Shown here: piece after piece, positions 60,791-64,000 of the stretch
Layout of the letters: each line of letters starts with the position of its first letter
Position numbering within the stretch: position 1 is the first letter of the stretch
Assembly: GCA_001916065.1 (NCBI GenBank)
Contig: MNRS01000019.1
Coordinates: 31,948-95,947 of the forward strand
Length of the DNA: 64,000 nt
Direction of reading: 5' to 3'
Origin: Clostridium sp. 28_17
Lineage (GTDB): Bacteria > Bacillota > Clostridia > TANB77 > CAG-508
Position numbers and translations under genes: made by a program
The notes under the pieces: generated by a model
What the model was told of the DNA's origin: nothing
The model's database searches: none
Seen by the model: only the letters and a program-made list of their open reading frames with translations

Positions 60791-60831
60791 AAGGATGGGG
60801 AAAACATTTTAAATGTAGACATCCTTTTTTT
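60791..60831 (+). terminator. Rho-independent terminator after secA
   Basis: AAGGATG-N21-CATCCTT then T7. Confidence 0.6.
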
Positions 60832-60867
60832 GATAATTAATATAAAATATATTTAGGAGTTGATAAT

Positions 60868-61392
60868 ATGCTAAGTCCAAAATTAGAAACAGAAAGATTA
60901 ATATTAAGAAGATATGAAGAAACCGATATAGATATGCAATATGAAGTATTAACAGATAACAGATTAGCAGAATATATAAAGTTTCCTAACTTAACAAAAG
61001 AAGAAGAACTAGAATGCATTAAAGATTGGATTAAAAATGCAGATGATTCAAAATATGAAAAATGGGTAATTACTTTAAAAAGTGATAATACTCCTATTGG
61101 GAATATATCTGTAAATGGAATTGAAAAAAGACATAACTATTGTAACGTTGGTTATGTAATATTGTATGCTTATTGGGGAAAAGGTTATGCATCAGAAGCA
61201 TTAAAGGTTGTATCGGATTATTTGTTAGAAAGTGGATATTATTTAGTTGAGTGTTCTTGCAATGAATTAAATAAACAATCATCTAGAGTAATGGAAAAAG
61301 CTGGTTTTAAAAAAGATGGTTATATTGCTAATAGAAGACTTAATAAAGATGGAACATATTCTGGAGTAGAATATTATAGTAAGACAAAATAG
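60868..61392 (+). CDS. GNAT family N-acetyltransferase (RimJ/RimL-like)
   Basis: TERLILRRYEETD N-term; acetyl-CoA motif YWGKGYASEAL. Confidence 0.75.
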   Translation: MLSPKLETERLILRRYEETDIDMQYEVLTDNRLAEYIKFPNLTKEEELECIKDWIKNADDSKYEKWVITLKSDNTPIGNISVNGIEKRHNYCNVGYVILYAYWGKGYASEALKVVSDYLLESGYYLVECSCNELNKQSSRVMEKAGFKKDGYIANRRLNKDGTYSGVEYYSKTK

Positions 61393-61923
61393 TAAAAATA
61401 TATTTGCTGAATGTTCTATTGATTATGATAAAAATAGTGATACTGCAATAACTTTTTATAAAACTATTCAAAATAAATTTCATTATGCAATTATTGGAAA
61501 CACTGCTGCTGAAATAGTTTATAAAAGAGTGGATTTTAAAAAAGAAAATATGGGACTTACTACCTGAGAAAATTCACCTGATGGGAAGATTTTAAAATCT
61601 GATGTAATTATTTCCAAGAACTATTTAAATGAACAAGAAATTAAAAATTTAAATAATTTAGTAAACTTATTTTTGGATATCGCTGAAAATAATGTAGAAA
61701 GAAGTATAACAATGTATATGGAAGATTGGAAAAATGAAGTAGATAATGCCCTAAAAGTTTTCCATTATGAAGTTTTATAAGGAAAAGGGAAAATCTCACA
61801 TAAACAAGCAGTAGAAAGAGCGGAAAATGAATATGAAAAATATAAAGCTATACAGGATAAGAATTATGTGTCAGATTTTGATAGACTATTAAGTGAAACA
61901 AAGCAAATTGAAAATAAATAAAT
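61393..61923 (+). pseudogene. RhuM-family virulence-protein gene remnant (N-terminus missing, internal TGA and TAA)
   Basis: Three reading segments TAAEIVYKRVDFKKENMGLTT*ENSPDGKILKSDVIISKNYLNEQEIKNLNNLVNLFLDIAENN...FHYEVL*GKGKISHKQAVERAENEYEKYKAIQDKNYVSDFDRL match RhuM C-terminal half. Confidence 0.5.
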
Positions 61924-62130
61924 TGCACATTTGATAAAAAAATTGATCTAATCATATTAGATGAACGGATGTGGACAATGTCCACAATATGTCCACGTTG
62001 GAAAAATACTTATAGTACAGGTAATATCATAAATACAAATAATATAGATGTTACCTAGTCTGACAAATAAGGAAATACGAATAATACTATAAGTATAGAT
62101 AGTATTAATAATATGGGAGAATCAACTACA

Positions 62131-62215
62131 TGTGGTTCAGGGAAGAAATACAAAAATTGTTGTGGAAAGTAGCTTAAAATAAGGGAAAAGTTGAATTTAA
62201 GAAAGATAACAAATT
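62131..62215 (+). other. Degenerate duplicate of the secA 3' end and downstream flank
   Basis: TGTGGTTCAGGGAAGAAATACAAAAATTGTTGTGGAAAGTAG encodes [13 protein letters not shown]; next 40 bp resemble flank after genuine secA stop. Confidence 0.5.
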
Positions 62216-62269
62216 TGTTGTTTGTCACCCATCAAATAAAAATGTGGACAAAATCCATTGAAATTAAAA

Positions 62270-62350
62270 GATGTCAGCAAAAAGTAATTTGTTGACATCT
62301 TTTTTGGATTTATGAAAACCCCGCGTAAAACACGGGGTTTTCATAAATCC
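62270..62350. terminator. Two consecutive hairpin terminators
   Basis: GATGTCAG-N14-TTGACATC plus T6; then perfect GGATTTATGAAAACCCCGCG...CGGGGTTTTCATAAATCC. Confidence 0.55.
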
Positions 62351-62405
62351 AAAAACATCATGGCAGAAATGCTCCTACCATGATGTCCGTACTTCAGAAC
62401 AAATA

Positions 62406-63470
62406 TTACTCTTCCTCGGTACTCCAGTCGAATTCTCCTGTAACTTTTTCATTGAACAGGTCGAAAGGCCAGTTATGCAGATATTCCTTTGATACTTCTC
62501 CAGATTCTCTGTCATAAACATAGCGCTGTTTCAACAGCTTGTCGTCCAAATCATAAGCCTCGAGGACGACTTTTTTTGCAGATGCAATCAGTTCAGCAGA
62601 GATACCATCATTGTCAGAATTGTCGAACATTCCTAACCAACAAGAACATTCTCTAACTTCTGTTGCAAGCTTTGGATTCGGCATAAGGTAAGCAGTGTAT
62701 TCATGCCAACCCTGGGAATAAATCTTCTTAAGTCTGCTATGTTTTCTCGGATCGAGATGTCCTGCAGACAAACCAGAAAGATATTCAATTCCCGTTTCAG
62801 GAGCAGTACACAGTACCTTTGCGACATTGCAGCAACCACTAGGCCAAATCAGATTCGTGTTCCCATCTTGGTACATAACAGAAAATTCTGAATCATCATC
62901 TGCAACCAGAGTGATTTTCTTGAATTCTCCTCCGAAACTCATACCGCCTGAATACCAAAGTTTATCACCAATACGATTGGCAATGCACTTTGGATCATGT
63001 GCCTGACGATAAGCCTCTGCCGCTGCTTCAGCTTCTTTTCTTGCAACATCTTCTGCACGAGCTTTACCAGCATCATCTAAAGGCAACATATCAAGATATT
63101 TGCTAATATCAGAACGCTTGATGATAAAGTAGTGTGCTCCAGACATAGAATAGTCAGGAATTACAATTTCATCGCGATAGTGAATCGGATAATCTCCTCC
63201 GGGAATATTGACCGGCTCCAATCCTGCCTCATGCAGTGCTCTCCGAAGGCGAGGCCAAAACTTAACATTGTTTCCAAGCTTTTTGCCCGAAATAACTTCT
63301 CTAGCTTGCCGAAGATGTAAAAAACCACCTTTGCAATACTCTCCAACGACATAAGCATCGCAGTTGAACTGATACTTCCCATTGTCTAACCGAGTTACAA
63401 GGACCTCAGCTGTTTCGCCAAGGATGTGCTTAATCGTTACCTGTGTGTTCTTTTTTATAGTCTTCATCAT
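62406..63470 (-). CDS. Hypothetical protein on a GC-rich (about 43-45%) island, likely horizontally acquired
   Basis: Sharp compositional shift vs about 27% background; AGGAGG RBS; start MMKTIKKNTQ; no motif recognised. Confidence 0.5.
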   Translation of the reverse strand: MMKTIKKNTQVTIKHILGETAEVLVTRLDNGKYQFNCDAYVVGEYCKGGFLHLRQAREVISGKKLGNNVKFWPRLRRALHEAGLEPVNIPGGDYPIHYRDEIVIPDYSMSGAHYFIIKRSDISKYLDMLPLDDAGKARAEDVARKEAEAAAEAYRQAHDPKCIANRIGDKLWYSGGMSFGGEFKKITLVADDDSEFSVMYQDGNTNLIWPSGCCNVAKVLCTAPETGIEYLSGLSAGHLDPRKHSRLKKIYSQGWHEYTAYLMPNPKLATEVRECSCWLGMFDNSDNDGISAELIASAKKVVLEAYDLDDKLLKQRYVYDRESGEVSKEYLHNWPFDLFNEKVTGEFDWSTEEE

Positions 63471-63937
63471 ATTGAAGTCCTCCTTATAAAATAGTATTTT
63501 ATTTGCCCAATGAAGTAACATTAAACTTAATCAAAGTTGTTAATAAACAAAATTTAATCAATGATAAGCTTAATTTTACAACACTTTGCATACTTTAATT
63601 ATACCAGATTTTATGTAAAATTTCAACAATATCATTCATTTATTTTTTTAATATAACCTATAAGAATTACTTATGACAAATTCTTTACAAATTGTTGCAC
63701 AAAATTTAATAAAACGATATAATAATATTGAATTATTGTAGATTAAAATAAGTTTCAAAGAAATGAGGGAATAAACATGGCTAATAATAAACCTTTAAAG
63801 GGCTTTCAAGGAATATTTTTAGAAAAAGAGATAGAACAGCAGTTGATAGCTTTACAAAAAAATAGATAATAATGAAATGAAAAAGGTAATGAAATTTGGT
63901 TCTGAAAATTTTAAATATATAAAATTATATATAAAAA

Positions 63938-63962
63938 TGCAGTCGAATGACTGCATTTTTTG
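63938..63962 (+). terminator. Rho-independent terminator
   Basis: TGCAGTCGAATGACTGCA then T7. Confidence 0.5.
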
Positions 63963-64000
63963 TTACAATTTTAATATCCTAAATTTTTTTAATTTCCAAA

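Noticed and set aside
1-64000. CRISPR arrays, tRNA, rRNA or tmRNA genes
   Set aside because: No regularly spaced 24-40-bp direct repeats and no cloverleaf-like GC-rich segments were seen; smpB is present but no ssrA-like structure was recognised nearby

Overview
This is a 64-kb window of a very AT-rich genome (about 27-28% GC), dense with genes mostly on the + strand. The codon usage and gene content fit a low-GC anaerobe (Firmicutes or Fusobacteria-like); the species cannot be named from sequence alone. No rRNA, tRNA or CRISPR array was seen.

The right-hand two thirds is largely core genome:
- cysE, pth, RNase G, rimO and smpB
- a type II fatty-acid synthesis and acetyl-CoA carboxylase block (birA, fabH, fabD, fabG, fabF, accB, fabZ, accC, accD, accA, fabI)
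- murD, guaA/guaB and secA

The left third (about 0.1-17 kb) looks accessory and partly decayed:
- a tightly packed co-directional cluster of nucleotide-processing genes: radical SAM, YjjX-type ITPase/XTPase, two full and one deleted Ppx/GppA paralogs, two NUDIX hydrolases, a small AAA_21-type P-loop ATPase, a NT5C-like HAD nucleotidase, a nucleoside 2-deoxyribosyltransferase/DNPH1-like protein, TsaC and a methyltransferase
- gene remnants: pepD with a nonsense codon, a ToxN/AbiQ N-terminal fragment, a frameshifted patatin, an SDR C-terminal fragment, and a degenerate SDR

Other notable structures:
- two tandem pilin-like/FGE-domain fusion genes, one split at an A7 tract
- a frameshifted Rpn-family transposase-like gene
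- a 270-bp MITE-like inverted-repeat element inside the fab/acc operon
- an insertion hotspot downstream of secA carrying a duplicated secA 3' end, a RhuM pseudogene and a GC-rich (about 43-45%) foreign gene

All calls rest on reading the translations and DNA by eye; no database searches were run.
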